Shown: positions 1-15,300, numbered from the stretch's first letter. The stretch is DNA of 64,000 bases from Antedon mediterranea (GCF_964355755.1 NC_092672.1:12772001-12836000), one strand, 5' to 3'. Made by a program: numbers and translations. Notes: generated by a model from the letters alone, not told the origin.

Positions 1-3000
1 AAACAAAAATAACGTTCTTCCGTTTGTACCAACATACTTCAAATGTTTGGCCAGAGGTTAGTGCAACCTACTTAATATTCTGCATAATTTATTAATTTTG
101 CACATAGAATACTTGTTATGTATTCCAAAACTAATTTTGTGAACGAAACTAAAACCCTTTACTCAGTAATAGACCTAAACTTTCAACTCTGCCAAATCCC
201 TCCCTGAATATACAAGTAGAAATTTTTGTTGTGATTGTGGTTCAAACTGAAGAACCTAAATGAACATACCGTTACCACAGTTGCTTGTTCATACGTAAGA
301 TGGCGGCATTGGAAAATTTCAATCGTGTTGCTTGTAACTACACATGGTTCATTCATTTTGTTTGCTATAATTATTGTTTTAAAATTTCATCTACTTTTTA
401 TTTATTATCCTGCTGTCCATGTCATAGACGATCGGGCCCATGACAAAACAAGCTAGAAAACATATTCCCTGCCACAAACCATACGGAAAATTTTTATTGA
501 CGACCGTCGAAGATCGGGCTCCAATAAAAAACGATCTGTTCTGCAACTATCCGAATCAAAAACATGCAGATTCCTGGGTTATAGAAATCTGGTGGATTTT
601 TAGAAGTAGTCAAAAAAAATCTGAAGATTTAACAAAAAAACATTTTAAAAATAATGATGCAAAATACTAACAAAACTAAGACAACCCAACTAGTATTTGC
701 TACCCTCTATCTGTGGGATAGTTAGCCGTTGGTGACGACATTCAATTTGAAAATGGCTTTTTGTTTATTTAAGTTAGCAAAATAAGAATTACACAGATAA
801 CTGTCATCAAAATCAAAATATGAATATATATTTTATAGGAAATTGTAGGTGAAAATTAGGATAACATCAGAAAAATCTTGTGAAAATCACATTACATCGG
901 GATACCTGGAGATTGGCCTTAAAATCGTGACAACATCAGGCGAGTTGGCAGGTCTGGAATCCGTTTATACTAATCTACGCCCGGTAGGGACCGGTATCGT
1001 TAGGTAGGGGGCCGGTAGGTTTTTTTTATATAAAATGATGTAATGTACATTTATTAACATTAGTAGTAGATTTAACTTTCCAGAAACAAGTTCAAATCAG
1101 TTAAAACATTGTTCTTTTCATTCGTCACAACGTTACAAAGCAAAGAATGAATGGCGTCTTACTATGCGGTTCGATAGGCCTTGTCCGCCCTAGCCTTGGT
1201 CAGATAAAGCATACCTTTTAAATTATAATACAAATGTAGGCATATGTAATTTTCAGGTAGGTTAACTTCTAATTAACCGTCTATTATGACTTCAAAATAT
1301 AAAATGGTTGTTTTTTAAATGGCTTTATTCTCAAATAAAGAAACTGCTAAATATTACCAACATGTTAGATTTTTTTTTGGAAACTATAGTTATAATTAGC
1401 AGTTTTAAAATAAAATTGTCTACTCTATTTCTTAATTTGTACAAGTTTTGATTTGTTTTAGTGACTAAGCCTAATAAACTTTAGAAAATTATTATCGTAC
1501 TTATTGTTGTTGATCTCGTAAACTTCATACAATGTTCAAAATATTTTCTTCGAAAACATTCAGATCAGGATTTATAAACACGATGGTTAATTCGGGTAAT
1601 TGATTGATGATAGTATTTTAGAATTATGATACTACCCCCTCTAGAGTTTCATTTTCATTTCAAAGTTATTATTTGTATTTTCGGCTATGGAATTATCGAG
1701 TCGTGACAAAAAAAAATGTTATGATGAACGAGCTTTGATCTGTATACTATTATATTTTACGATTTTGTGATTAAATAATGAATTTGAATTGAACTACACA
1801 AATAATACTAAATTGTATCAGTGTCATAATTACTATACCTCCCTCTTACCTGGCTGCATTTCCATATTCAATTTAAACAGCTTACGCCCTCTATTGTTTA
1901 AGAATGGTAAACAATTATTCATTTTATATTGTCCTTTATAACTTTAATAGAAGAATGTCATCAATCTAACATAACATTTATTCTACATTTAAGATAATAA
2001 ATTTAAACAGAAGATTTAAAATAAAAATTTGAAGTCAAGAATAAAAAATGAGAGAAAGGCAACTAACATAAGCATGCTGTGTTATCAGATTTCTTTGTTA
2101 CATAACAATACATTTGAGGAGCTGACATCAGGCCAGGGAAGAGTACTATTACACTAATTTCACTCTCCTCCAATCAAATTAAAATAAATCAAAGGAGACA
2201 GAGAACAAACAAGAACAAGAATTAACACATACAATTAAAGTTACTAATACTGAAGGATGTTCGGTGTATAAAATCAACGCTCTCAACAGCTTATTTTGAT
2301 TATATAACCAACAGTAGACTATGTTCACGTCACCTCCATTTCCCTTATTATGTTTTCGTCATACCAATGTACTGTTATCTGGCACATTAGTATACACATT
2401 GTATTGTATGCATTGCATTTCTCGGTAAAACAATCTTATATCAGTCTTTACACTTCCTTTGTAATAATTATTTTCTTCCCATTCATTTTACCATTTACAT
2501 TTTACTTTTGTATAAAGTAGCCCACATAACTATCTATCGACGGTCTGATAGATAATTTCTCACACACACGCGTGCCGAAAAGTCCATGCTAACTAAACGA
2601 GACACTTGCAAATTATTACTTTCCCTGTATTATGGTATTGTTTTATATCTGCTGTATCAAATATTGCTACTGGGTATTGATGTTTTTTCCATCACCTATA
2701 GAAATAAATTGTTACCTCGTCTTTTATTAACGGTTATTTTAGACATACATCAATTTAGTATGTACATCATCAATGATATCTGTCTAAAACACGATTACGT
2801 TTCCATGGCAATCCCTTAGGTTAGAAGAGTTTGTAAATCAGAATTATGAGGTTAAACATACCAAGAGTGACGTGCGAGATGCAAATACTGATTAAGGAAA
2901 TCAAGATGAAAATCAAAGGTGGCTTCATGTCAAAAATAATACAATGAATATTTATAAATATTTTGTATAAAATAACCGCCTCTTCCACGATTCCACCTCT

Positions 3001-3089
3001 CACTTGAAGGTAGGTACAACATCGTAAATGAGTGGTTGAAGTGTCAATTTTACATATTGCAGATTTTGCTATTCCCACCAGCAGTTTAA

Positions 3090-3222
3090 CTCTGTCTACA
3101 CTATCAAACTTTATGTTACAAAACATTGTGATGTGCCATATGGACATGATGGCATCATATCACCACCATATTTGAAATCATCACACTTTTTTTACAAACT
3201 AGTTTGATAGTGTAGACACAGA
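3090..3222. mobile_element. Short MITE with ~19-bp TIRs (CTGTCTACACTATCAAACT...AGTTTGATAGTGTAGACA)
   Basis: Inverted termini seen directly; a related copy lies at ~40811-40943. Confidence 0.75.
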
Positions 3223-3684
3223 ACAGAGATTTAATAATCCTTATTGAAGATTGTGTGGTTTCTGGTAACCATACATTGGAATATAAACACTATCAAATTC
3301 AGGATTAAGAAAGAAAGTGCAAATTGTAGTTCTCACATAATGTTGTCTTTCATTTTTACAGACGATAATTAATATTCATGATTTCACTAGATTATAAATA
3401 AAGTTTGTCATAATTAAAATACATAAGGTTATTGTTTCTATGGTGAACAATCACGTTTTCGTAATTACAGTTTGATTAAACGGTCCTTTCTCTAATGCCA
3501 CAGTTACCAGACCTAAAAATTAAGCACACTCATTAAAGAAAATATAATATACATACTATTACCGCTATATTATCAGTGTGTTGATAATAAATTAAATTGT
3601 GTATACAAACAAACCTATATATACAATAAAGTTTAAAGAGAAATGATGAACTAAAGTTTATATATATTATATATATAATATATT

Positions 3685-4161
3685 GCACTTGCACAGATGA
3701 AGGGCTAGTGTTGCCCGAAAGCTCTGCTAACTTTTCTGGCTGTTTTACTTATCGTTTTGATTTAGCTTTTTGCTTTTTTTGTGTATCTCCATTGAGATCC
3801 ATCCACTGATACCCACAGCATTGTCATTTTTTCAGTAATTTGCCTTCGGATTTATATATATATATATATATATATTATATATTTGAATAAAATATATTAC
3901 ATGATTTATTATATATATACAATCTGCAGACAGTGCTGTTTTGATCTTATTAGATCTCGTCAGTCAGCTCATGTACCGCAGAACTGGCACAATATATATA
4001 GGCTGAGTCAGTTACGCGGGACATGGTACGTCGATTATGAACACACAGGGCTAGTATTGCCCGAAAGCTCTGCTAACTTTTCTGGCTGTTTTACTTTATC
4101 GTTTTGATGTAGCCTTTCTCCATTGAGATCCAGCCACTGATACCCACAGCATTGTCATTTT
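3685..4161 (+). mobile_element. Penelope-like element terminal repeat (pLTR) remnants, two direct copies (~3691-3850 and ~4047-4161)
   Basis: Direct repeat GGGCTAGT(G/A)TTGCCCGAAAGCTCTGCTAACTTTTCTGGCTG...CAGCATTGTCATTTT. It is flanked by (TA)n tracts and carries a minimal hammerhead motif, as is typical of Penelope-like elements. Confidence 0.65.
3691..3727 (+). ncRNA. Minimal type I hammerhead ribozyme (core variant CAGAUGA)
   Basis: GCA-CAGATGA-A-GGGC-TAGTGTT-GCCC-GAAA-GC-TC-TGC: stem I GCA/TGC, stem II GGGC/GCCC, GAAA box. One substitution from the CUGAUGA core. Confidence 0.6.
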
Positions 4162-5579
4162 GTAGGCAATAATCTAGGCCTAGTCGAAGTCAAATATTAA
4201 CAAATTTTTTTTTCAAAATCTACTTAAGTGTTTTATATTACGGTATGTTATCGCAGAACGTTTAGATGATTACATTATTTTATAGAATTTAACATCACAT
4301 ATTGTTTAGACGCTTATACATTTTAGATTTGTTAACACTTTCGATGAAGTTATTAATGAGGGATATTCCTTGGAGGTATCTTGCGAAGGTACTAACAGTC
4401 GGGATGTTTTTTTACCTTAAAATGGAAAGAAAAAACCACTGAACTAACTTTCGCTTCCTCGGGGATTTACAATTGTCAAGCAAAACATAAATTAAAGTAA
4501 AAAAAGAGGAAAATATTCACAGTTGGTGAAGTTATTTGTGATTCAACGAGTAATTAATGGTATCTCGTAGGATTTTAGTACTCCGTAATTGCATACTGAA
4601 GGTCATTAGAGAATTAAACTCACTTGAATCTTCTGCCTACAGCATCCTTTTTTTCAGTGTCGTCATTTTTAACACTATGCTGTTTGTTTGACGACAATTC
4701 TCAAACATGCAGGACATTAATAAAATGTGCCCAAGCAGAAATAGTTTCTGTATGAATACAATGATGTAGGCATAATATGCACAATAATTATTCAAGTCAT
4801 TACATTGGTAAATACTTGTGTTGCTGCACATACAAATATAATTGTATTCACAATATTGTTACTATTTATCAATACGCTAATTGATAATAAATGTATGACA
4901 TTTTAAACAAACGTATACAATGAAGCATGTCACCATGTAACAGAATTGAACAGCAACTACGGAGTACCCTGAGAATATTATTTCATGGATAAAACAGAAA
5001 AAGTTTATACCATTAGCTTCTTCTTCCTTCAATCCGACGACTTCCTCCATGAACCCAACTGAACATTTGTCTTCAAATTTTTCCTCCAAGACCTCCTTAA
5101 AGAAAATTAATGCATTTTAAGGGTAGAACAGCCATTGAAAAGTTCAGACAAAACCCTGTAGTTTTTTCACAAATGAAAAGGACAGAAAAACTGACCTGAT
5201 TACATTTAACATCAACTTTCGGGAAAGCAAGATACTGTACACATTCTTTCTAAATACAGTAATTTAATAACAACTCTTGTGCTGTTTTTAAATTAGAAGG
5301 GTTCTAATCGGAGACCAAAGCTACTAAAGACCACTAAAGTCTGTCATATTGTTTAATGAAACCGCAGCTAGCAATTATGTAATTCACTCCCATATCTGGA
5401 AGCTGTTTTTCCTTGTTAAGTTTCGTCTGTGTGTGCAATGTCAGTCAAGATATCAAGTAATGTTGTTTTTGTTTTCATTATAGGTAACTTATACAGTACA
5501 TAACAAAATAACGTTTTGATTTTGATGTCTGACTGCTGTGAAATGAAGTGACACAATGAACCCACAGCAGCGTTTTACC

Positions 5580-5950
5580 TTTGCTTCCCACTAGGATTCA
5601 ACGCAATGACGTAAAACGCCTACCGTACGCCATTACGTTGCGTAAAGGTTTTTAAAAAGGGGTTTACCCACTATTGTCAAACCGAAAGGCTGAAGCACAC
5701 TCAATTTGAACGCAAAGCAACACGCATCGAACCGTAATTTTGGCGCGAAGAACGATTCCAGGTTCAAATTTAATTACTAGCCGTCAGTCGATTCAACGAG
5801 GTGAATTCGGAGCTCGAGAAAGCTTTACGCGTCAATTCGCTTGAGTTGCTGCTTCATGGGTAACTTTTTCAAATTTCGCGCGACTCTTTTCGATTTTTGA
5901 CGCTTGCCGCGTGTCGCTTCGTGTGTTATTGTTCGGAGTGCACCGCCCCC
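5580..5950. mobile_element. Degenerate DNA-transposon (Harbinger-like MITE) remnant
   Basis: CpG-rich, with AACGC/GCGT subterminal motifs in opposite orientations. The TTCCCACTAG...AACGCAA.GACGTAAA start resembles 36655-36725. Confidence 0.4.
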
Positions 5951-7159
5951 TTATTGAATGTCAGGCGTTGTGTCAATTGCAAAATATCTTCGGGAATGTG
6001 TTTTCTTTTGGGATATCCTCTTAATATTGGTCGTCCCAAATGAGGGGTTACGGTATTCATTATAGTCAGTCTATTTCTTTAGTTCAAGCAAATTCAAAAT
6101 AGACCTATATACCACACATTATATTTTATATGTCGGATTATTTTGATAACAAAATTATGAAATATTCCCTTATGAAACGGGATAAATTAGATACATTCTT
6201 GAATTACATCCAATGACAGGGATAAAACCATGTTAATTTCTTTTAAAAATAGGCAATATTTGCAAATACACTAAGCTAATATATTGATATCGTTATCTTT
6301 AATACATATTCAAAAATGTACGGTGACCTGGTTATTGCGTTATTTGATATTATTGTTTTATTGCATCGGAATAATTTTATAATGTAGACCTAGATTTACA
6401 GGCAACATTACTATTGCTTAATGGCGCTATATAATAAATGTACCGTTACAGTATTATCCTAACCAATCCTAGGATACGCGAATTATGTGCTGCAACACTC
6501 GACAAAGTAGTATCCGATTCCCAGTCCTGTATCCCATACTATCAAATTCAGCATCTCATTGTTATGACATGTGGTGCGCGCCTGTACCATGTTAGGTTAA
6601 AGTGTAATACTACGAGATGTTACCAAAATTATAAAAAAATTATACTGGAGAAAAAGTATAGACAGGCCTAGAGTACCGAGAATAAGGCGATATTAGAAGG
6701 CACACATAGACCTAACTAATAACACACTTGTTATACCAAACATAACAATGTATTATTCTCTTCCGTTTTCATCGTTCACTGCACAATTAAGCTACCTTAG
6801 GTAATTAATTTGAATGAATTCACGTAACTGAAATTCATCGAAATCAATAAGCTATTATTATTGTTACAGTATATTATTTTCAAAATACTGCTAATATTGA
6901 AGCAATGCATTCGTAATGTTGTTTATAGGATACCGCTATCTTTAAATATTTAATCTTTAAAAGGAAATTTAATCACGTTAATAACTTTCTTTGATTAACG
7001 ACGAGTACGAACAATAATACTTTTACGTAACTTGATATTGTTAACCGGGAAAAACAGGTAATTAGCCTAAACATTTTCCATTTAAACATGATTATTCTTT
7101 TGACAGACGAATTTTTAAAATATATATCTATATATCTTTTTTATATATCTTTATAAAAT

Positions 7160-8780
7160 TAGAAAGCGCAGAAAGCTTCCTCCGTGGTTTGACAATGAGT
7201 TGAGAAGTGCGCTTCAACTCAAAGAAAAGTATTATAGATATCTGAAAAAAAATAATAATCGGTTAGCCCAAAGTAATTTCAAATTTGCTCGCGCGTCTTT
7301 TAAAAAAATGTGCAATAAAAAGTACAAAGATTACTTGGACTCTTTGGCTAAGCAAATTGTCACTAACAGTAAAAGATTCTGGAGCTGGATGAAAACTAAA
7401 TACAAGTCAAATAATCTTCCTTCTGTCATGAGTCACGATAACATTTCATTCCAGTCTAATTATGATAAAGCTACCACATTTAATTCTTATTTTCATTCTT
7501 TTTTCAGTGAGCCTTCTCCGGACGTTCCCCGGGACTATCCAGGTCTTCCTGACTATGCGGTGGATAACTTAAGTTCTCTGTCTGTGAATCAGCATTCTGT
7601 GGAAAAGGCACTTAGTAACATTGATATCAATAAAGCTACTGGCATTGATCAGATTAGTAACGTTGTCTTAAAGGGTGCCTCCTCCTCACTCTCTTATCCG
7701 CTTTGCAAATTGTTTCAGCTATCTATTAATTCTGGGGTTTTTCCTTCATCTTGGAAACACGCTAATATTGTCCCAATTCACAAGAGTGGTCCCAAAAAAC
7801 TAATCTGTAACTATCGTCCTATTTCGTTATTGCCTACTATGTCTAAGATTTTTGAGCGCATTGTGCATGATGGTTTGTCATCACATGTTGCTAATGCTTT
7901 AAGTCCTACGCAGCATGGTTTTGTCTCTGGGAGATCATGTCAAACCAACCTCGCACTGCTTCTTGCTACATCATACGATGCAATTAACAGCAAGAAGCAG
8001 TGCGATGTGATTTACACTGATTTCTCTAAGGCTTTTGATTCCGTTTCCCATGATTTGCTTATTTTTAAACTTTCAAAATTTGGTTTATCCGGTTCACTGT
8101 TAAGTTGGTTTAAAAGCTATTTAACTAATAGACAACAGCGTGTTGTCATTGGGGGAGAGACATCTGATTGGCTCCCTGTGTTATCGGGCGTTCCGCAGGG
8201 CTCGATCCTGGGCCCGCTTTTGTTTAATTTATTTATCAACGATCTTCCTTTAAAATTTAATCATTCCGAGTCTCTTTTATTTGCTGACGATCTGAAATTG
8301 TTTAAAGTGATTACCACTCCACAGGATGCTTTTTCACTTCAGGAGGATCTGGATGGTCTCGTGGAATTTCACTATTTAGTTTAAATGTTCCTGGTCGTAC
8401 ACGAAATAGACATTTATTGCATATTCCTTTTAGCCGTGTCGACTGTACTAAGAGGGGACTTTTTCATAGACTACCTTATACATTTAATAATCTAAATAGC
8501 AATCATATCGATATTTTTAATGATAGACTTGGTTATTTTAAGAGGACGATGATGTGTTCACTTCTTGAACAGTCTGCATAACCTGTTTTAATTGAAATTA
8601 TTTATGGCATGCCAATCTATGTTTTATATATTTATATATATATATTTTATCTGTATTTTATTGTTAACCGTTTTTGATGTTGTATTGTTTTATGTTTCAA
8701 ACCTGTTAGTGGCGGTATTTATCGCTGTTGGTTTTGATTGAATAAAATAAAAAAATAAAAAAAAAATAAAAATAAATATA
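7160..8780 (+). mobile_element. 5'-truncated CR1-group non-LTR retrotransposon (LINE) with 3' UTR and A-rich tail
   Basis: RT ORF 7200-8384, then a C-terminal remnant (NVPGRTRNRHLLHIPFSRVD...RLPYTFNNL), then an AATAAAATAAAAAA tail at ~8740-8778. Confidence 0.92.
7200..8384 (+). pseudogene. LINE ORF2 reverse transcriptase fragment (endonuclease missing; internal deletion after the FADD motif)
   Basis: Motifs PWFD, KRFWS, KATGID, NYRPISLL, QHGF, DFSKAFDSV, SGVPQGSILGPLLF, FADDLK. The frame ends abruptly shortly after FADD and jumps to the C-terminal region. Confidence 0.93.
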
Positions 8781-9380
8781 TATCAAATTTGCAAAAATGA
8801 GGAGTACTCATAGTTTATTTTAAAACGAGGTTTTGGGTAGATTCTTAGTAATTGACCATCGCACGATCCTCACAAAAGTTAAGCAGGAATAAATTGGGTT
8901 TTCTAAAACCGTATTTTCTTGCTAAATACATGCTTACATGTTAAACATATTTTTAATGATAGACTTGGTTATTTTAAGAGGACGATGATGTGTTCACTTC
9001 TTGAACAGTCTGCATAACCTGTTTTAATTGAAATTATTTATGGCATGCCAATCTATGTTTTATATATTTATATATATATATTTTATCTGTATTTTATTGT
9101 TAACCGTTTTTGATGTTGTATTGTTTTATGTTTCAAACCTGTTAGTGGCGGTATTTATCGCTGTTGGTTTTGATTGAATAAAATAAAAAAATAAAAAAAA
9201 AATAAAAATAAATATATATCAAATTTGCAAAAATGAGGAGTACTCATAGTTTATTTTAAAACGAGGTTTTGGGTAGATTCTTAGTAATTGACCATCGCAC
9301 GATCCTCACAAAAGTTAAGCAGGAATAAATTGGGTTTTCTAAAACCGTATTTTCTTGCTAAATACATGCTTACATGTTAA
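8511..9380 (+). repeat. Near-perfect tandem duplication (~435-bp unit: 8511-8944 and 8947-9380)
   Basis: The unit contains the LINE 3' UTR, its A-tail and ~170 bp of downstream flank. One visible difference is the length of a T-run. Confidence 0.92.
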
Positions 9381-12300
9381 TATGTAACCTTGTCGGCAGA
9401 ATTGAATCTTACTCATGATAACTAAATAGTAAGGCCCTAAACAATTTTCTACAGTTCGTGTTAGTAATCAAATCAGTATCCCTTGTGTTACCGCCAAATC
9501 ACAGACTCGTTATCTTCTGATTATCTTTATTGATTCTTCTACTGTTATTACTATTAACGTACTATGTTTTTGTTTCTATTCTCTATATTGTATTTTCTTC
9601 ATTTTCAGATTTAATTGTAGTTATTATAGTTTGATTATTCGGTAATCATAGTGCAGATGCATTTACAAAAGACTAATTTGAATAAGATGCTATTTGACGA
9701 TATTATTGTATTTGCCTCTATCGTAGTGCCGTCTACATTTGTCTGAATATCCATAATTAAAATACTTTTTACGGTCATCATTGCCTATAGGCAGGTTCAT
9801 GCACTCAATATTTCTCCGCATCAATTGTTACTATCATAATTATACTTTCATTTTAATTCAGTATATATTTGTTCATTTTTTTGTTGTGGTGAAAGACAAA
9901 CGCAATTTGTTAATTTCATGTTTTGTGTTCCATTTATTTTTATTATCATAGCTTTTAGGCCTATTTGGTTCTATCTTTCATACCTCTGACATTACACTTT
10001 GTCTTCTTTGGTGATTTTTCCACTCTCAGCAATAAATAGCGTTCATCTGCTATCATTATTCATATCCTCGTTCAATAAAGTTCTCGTCGACTTGATTTCT
10101 TTCCAATTATTTTCACCAAATCTGCATTATTAGAAAGGCCCAGTATTCTTAATTCATTGTTTGTTGAAATGGTTTCAGATCCGTGCATCATGTTTTAGAC
10201 ACAAGTTTATTTAATTCAACTGCCCCAAATAATTAACTGTTATTACTACAGTAATCAATGTACTATCGTACGTTCTCTATTTGAAACAAATGCTGATTAC
10301 AATGGCATAATAATGTGCTGTAAATCAATAAGGACAACGTAAGAAGTATGTGTACCAATGTGTAGCGAATCTATCTTACAAAACTATGTAATAATTACAT
10401 CTCATGCCACGTACATTTTCATCAATCTTTGCATAACGTAAAAAAACAAGTTTCGACACAGTTAGCCGGTTTACGAAAAGAAAAGATTTTTTTAGGTGAT
10501 TTGTGAGGTATAATAATTTGGAAATAACAAGCCAGAAGCAAACTCAATTATGACATGTACCGGTACAGTCTGTAGGCGAAGTCAGTTAGGCATCAAAACA
10601 AAAAAGTTGGTGTTACAAGATCCGATGATTCGCTACATTCGACAATCCGGTGATTCAATTGGCGATATTCGATTCCACCTATTTATAAATTTTACTGAGC
10701 AGTGGTAGCAATAATACGTATGCTTAGCTTACATGTGTGTTATGCGTTCGATAAGGCTAATACCGTATTTGCTGTTTTAGCATAGGCCTGTTACAATATT
10801 GATCACAAAACGCAAAATGCATAAACATTATTTTTTTAAAGAATTTTAAAAAGAATAACATAATTGTTTTAGGCATACTATGTAAATTTTTCCCTTTTTT
10901 CCATATTCGACAGCTTGGATCTTACTAATGAATTTCATAGATTTGGCATATATATTATTTTGCCTGCAAGCGACAATATGCATTATGTTTGCTTATTAAT
11001 CGAAATGCCAAGTTATGTTTGCCAATTTCAATGATGATGTTTATGAAACACAGTGTTTATCCGAAAAGCTTATTCTCCCACTAAAATGTTGTAATGTTCA
11101 AGATCACTGCAACCTTTAAAAATTAAACGCACAGAAAACGAGTCATGACCTAATTTCAAAGATTTTAGAAGGTAAAAACAATATAGACATATAGCCCTCT
11201 ATAATGGCATTTTGACTCGTTGTATGAAAATATTTGTGTAAATTAAAGTTCGATAACCACCCTCCCCCTCCAAAAAAAGATTTTTACTTTTCTAAATCCA
11301 AATAAAAGGAACAAATAAAACAAAGGACAAAGTTAAGGTTGTATGAGGACACAAATAAATCGATTGACTAGTCAATTTCACTCCTACAAAGTCGGAGCCA
11401 ACAATGATATTTAAACAAGATTGTTTACCAGCCTTGCTAAGCCATCGAACCAATTTTATATTAATAACTTAATCGGTTTGGCGAAACTTAGGAATGGACT
11501 CAAACAACAAGCTTATAAAGAAAAAAAATGAATCATGATTTTACTTAAACCGTGTAAGTAATAATTCGAAGGCCAAATCGTGCTCTGTTGCAGCATTTAA
11601 GATTCACCGAGTAATCTCATCCCATCCCTATAAATGTTTAATGGACGATGCAGTATAAACTACATAATGATTGTGACACGAACACTGCTTTTAACTCCAC
11701 TATAACCGCTCTCATTGATCTTTCTGTTGAAAATGTAAGAACTAATGATTTTTGTCAGTGCTGAATATTACCTTTACTAAAAGCAAACGACAATTTATGT
11801 TTGAAAACTATTTTAAAGGGTAGAGGCTAGATATTAATCACTTATATGGTGAATTCCCATCATCGGTAAAATCCCCGTATCATCGACCACATGATTATCA
11901 TAGCAAAAAACAACATCTTCTTCATCGTCCTTTTATATCACATTACAAACATGTGTATGCCCCCTTCAAAATCATTGTAGACCTATCTAAATAAATAGAT
12001 TAAAAAAAAATTTTTATTCACACACAATATTACTACTATAAAAATAAATTGTCTTTAATCTCTCTGTGAAATGTAAAATGTAACATAATAATAATAAACA
12101 TAAATAAAATTGTATATGTAGCACTGGTATGAAGAGAGGTTTTCATCATACAATCCAATATGTGATACTAGCATCTTCCTTCTGACATTTGGCCAGCCTC
12201 TTCATAACACCAAAATTATACCGTACTAGAATCGACTGTATTTAGTACCATTTTCCTTTAAAAAACAACTGGGCTGAATTGTGATTCAAGTAATTTTTCT

Positions 12301-15300
12301 GAAAGCGATATTAAATACATACATATAAAACACGGTATACGTTTTACTTCTCGATAATGTAAATTTTGTATCTAATATATTTTCGGTTAGATATGCTTTG
12401 TAAAATTCAATTCGCATATTAGTTGCAATAAAGTACTATTCGATTTAATTTGATTGTTTTACTATGGGCCACGACGGCTTTGTGACTTAATCCAAACGCC
12501 ATTGGCGATTGAAAGATTATTAATATCGTGTTTTGCATTACTGATTAAATACACTTCTTCAGACAGACGCACTGTACTGTGTATTTGTGGGCTGAAATGA
12601 AAATTAATCATAATACACAATTTCTTTGTATTAGAATAATAATAACCATCATGTTTCTGCAATGCTACAGTATGATATTCAACATTAACTCAAATTGGTA
12701 TCAGCAAATGTCTATATCTCTATACCTAATAAGAAAGTTAGTAAATAAACAAAGTACCGATTATTTTAGTAAAATGTGCACAAATTACTATTAAAGATAT
12801 AGGCCTATATTGTCACTCTAAAAAATAATGTTTTTCGTTGAATATGCCATTTTTAATGTCACATAATTATAGTTATTCACTTGGATTAAAAAAAATATTA
12901 TTTACCTGAATAACTGTAATTTAATGCAACAAAATAGAACAATTGACTGGAAGTCAGTGGGGTTTTAGTTGAAATTTAACCGTTTATTTTGTCATTTTAT
13001 AAGTGAAACATTTTTAGGGTTTTTCTACGGAAATAGCCTAATTAACGTTAAGACTACAACATTGCCTATTAAAAATCTGATTTTATTAATCTTCATTTGT
13101 CATGTTTTTGGGAGAAAATATATCTTTAATAGCACAGTAATAAAACAATATTTGTATGCCTAATAGGCCTAAGACAGTTAGTAAATAAACCAAAACCTTA
13201 GATTATTTCAGTGAAATGTGTAAAAGTTAATAGGCCTATTCTTAGAAAATGTTCAATATACAATTTTAAATGCTTATACCATGTTCGGGTTTCTCCTTTA
13301 ATTTTTGATCTTTAAAGAAAGTATCTTTTTTATTCCGTAATTTTGTCATCTTGGAAACGTATCAGGCAGTTAATTAAAGTCTGTTTGACGAAGACATTAC
13401 CTAAATGTTTATTCCTACTCAAGTTTCTCTATTTCTTGTGGCATGTCACGAACATTTCAGATTTTAATAAGCAATTGTACCACGAAAAGGCTTTTCAAGG
13501 TAATGTAAAATTACTTTCCAAATGCTATCTGATGTTAATGGCAGACATATTATTATTTTATTCCAAGTCATTCTAATACTGAACCAGGCAAAATGCGAAA
13601 TGGTAGCGTAATTGCACAAGCGCAATTGCCTTAACTGTATTTTATTTTACGTATTATATTATTATTATTAATTACTTAAAGCAATTACTTTAGCAAGTCA
13701 AGTATGGTTAATCAAATTTTAATAAACACTTTTTTGATGACGTCTTCGTATTAATTAAAATCTGTGCTGACAGACCTATCTAGAGTATAATATGTAAAAT
13801 AATATCGTATATGTTATTAATTCAATTAACAGTTTAGAACATAACAATTTTAAATTGAATAAAAAGGCCTACATGGTAATAATGAATACAGTTCATACTG
13901 AAAATATCGTTAACTGTAATGAATATTGCATTGACATCATGTCGTTAAATATGTTTAATACAGTTGTAAGTGCCAAGAAGTCGTTACTATGTAAATACTG
14001 TACTGTGGTTATGCATATTTGAGTTCGGTCAACACAACTCGCAAGTACTTGCTTGTCCAGACTTATGTAGTGAACGTGGACTTCTGATATGAGTCCCAAT
14101 ACAAAGATGTTTCGTTTTCAACAACAAAACAATTAACCCAAAATATTAAGTTTTACGTTTGAAATATGAGTAATGAAGTACCGTAGTCAACGTTTGAACA
14201 ATGGGAAAGGACGTTCGAAATAAATTGCAATCGCACCAAGCAAAACTAATCATCTTGAAAGCAATTTCTTTACAAATATTATAAACAGCGAACGAATCAT
14301 AGGAGAAACACACGTTCACATCCAGCTAAATTATCTATTCACCCAATTTCTGTTTCATTATCCTGATTCGAGTCTGTGCTAGAAGCAGTTGATTAGGGAA
14401 AAAAGTAGTAATGGTATGATGGGCTTTATTTTTAAGAGCAATATGTGTCTTTGATGTGATTGCGTCGGATCAGATGAATTAAAAGCTGGAGAAGCGGTAG
14501 GCGTCTTGCCGATACTTGTATCACATATACGTAGCTGAGCTGTCCACAGCGATGATACTTCATTAACGCAGATATATTAATGTTTAAATTTTCATCAACT
14601 AGTGCAAATCTAAAAGGAAATTACATCCTACGAGTGAGTATTTAAAGATTTTGCAATCGCAACTCCTAAATTATTAACCATCGTAAACGAAGTGCCACGA
14701 ACAAACTGTGTGTTTCATTGGATAAAGACACTTCATTAAATAATATTACACTTTGAATTTTCCTGAAGGAGACTAGCTCATGTCTCGTCATTAATTAAAC
14801 TTAGTGAACTGCTATTGGTCACGTTAGGTGAATCGCTGTTCTTCATCCGATATGATTAAAACCCGTTTGCGGAAAACATGAATAGGCTTCTTATTTGAAT
14901 AATTACGTGCAGTTGGAGAATGATGTACAGCGGACGTTCAAGATGTACTAACTTGTAAATTTTACACGAAACTACAGTAGACACACGATGGTAAGGCACT
15001 ACCATTTATTTAGATTCACGAAGTTGTGCTTGAAACATACAACTAAACAGTTACTTAAATAGTTGAAAGATCATTGCAATAGCTCGTTCAACAAGCCGAT
15101 TTGGAGAAATTGTCCGAAACAAAAACCGAAGAAATCTTGGATCGAAGAAAGGGATACAAATCATATTTGATATATATATATATATATACGCATCTGTGTT
15201 GGAATCATAATGAAAGTCGTATAGCCGAGCAATATTTGATTGATTACATGAATTTGTCAACACGTGTGAAAAGAGTTGTCTGAACGCTTAAAGTTTTGTT

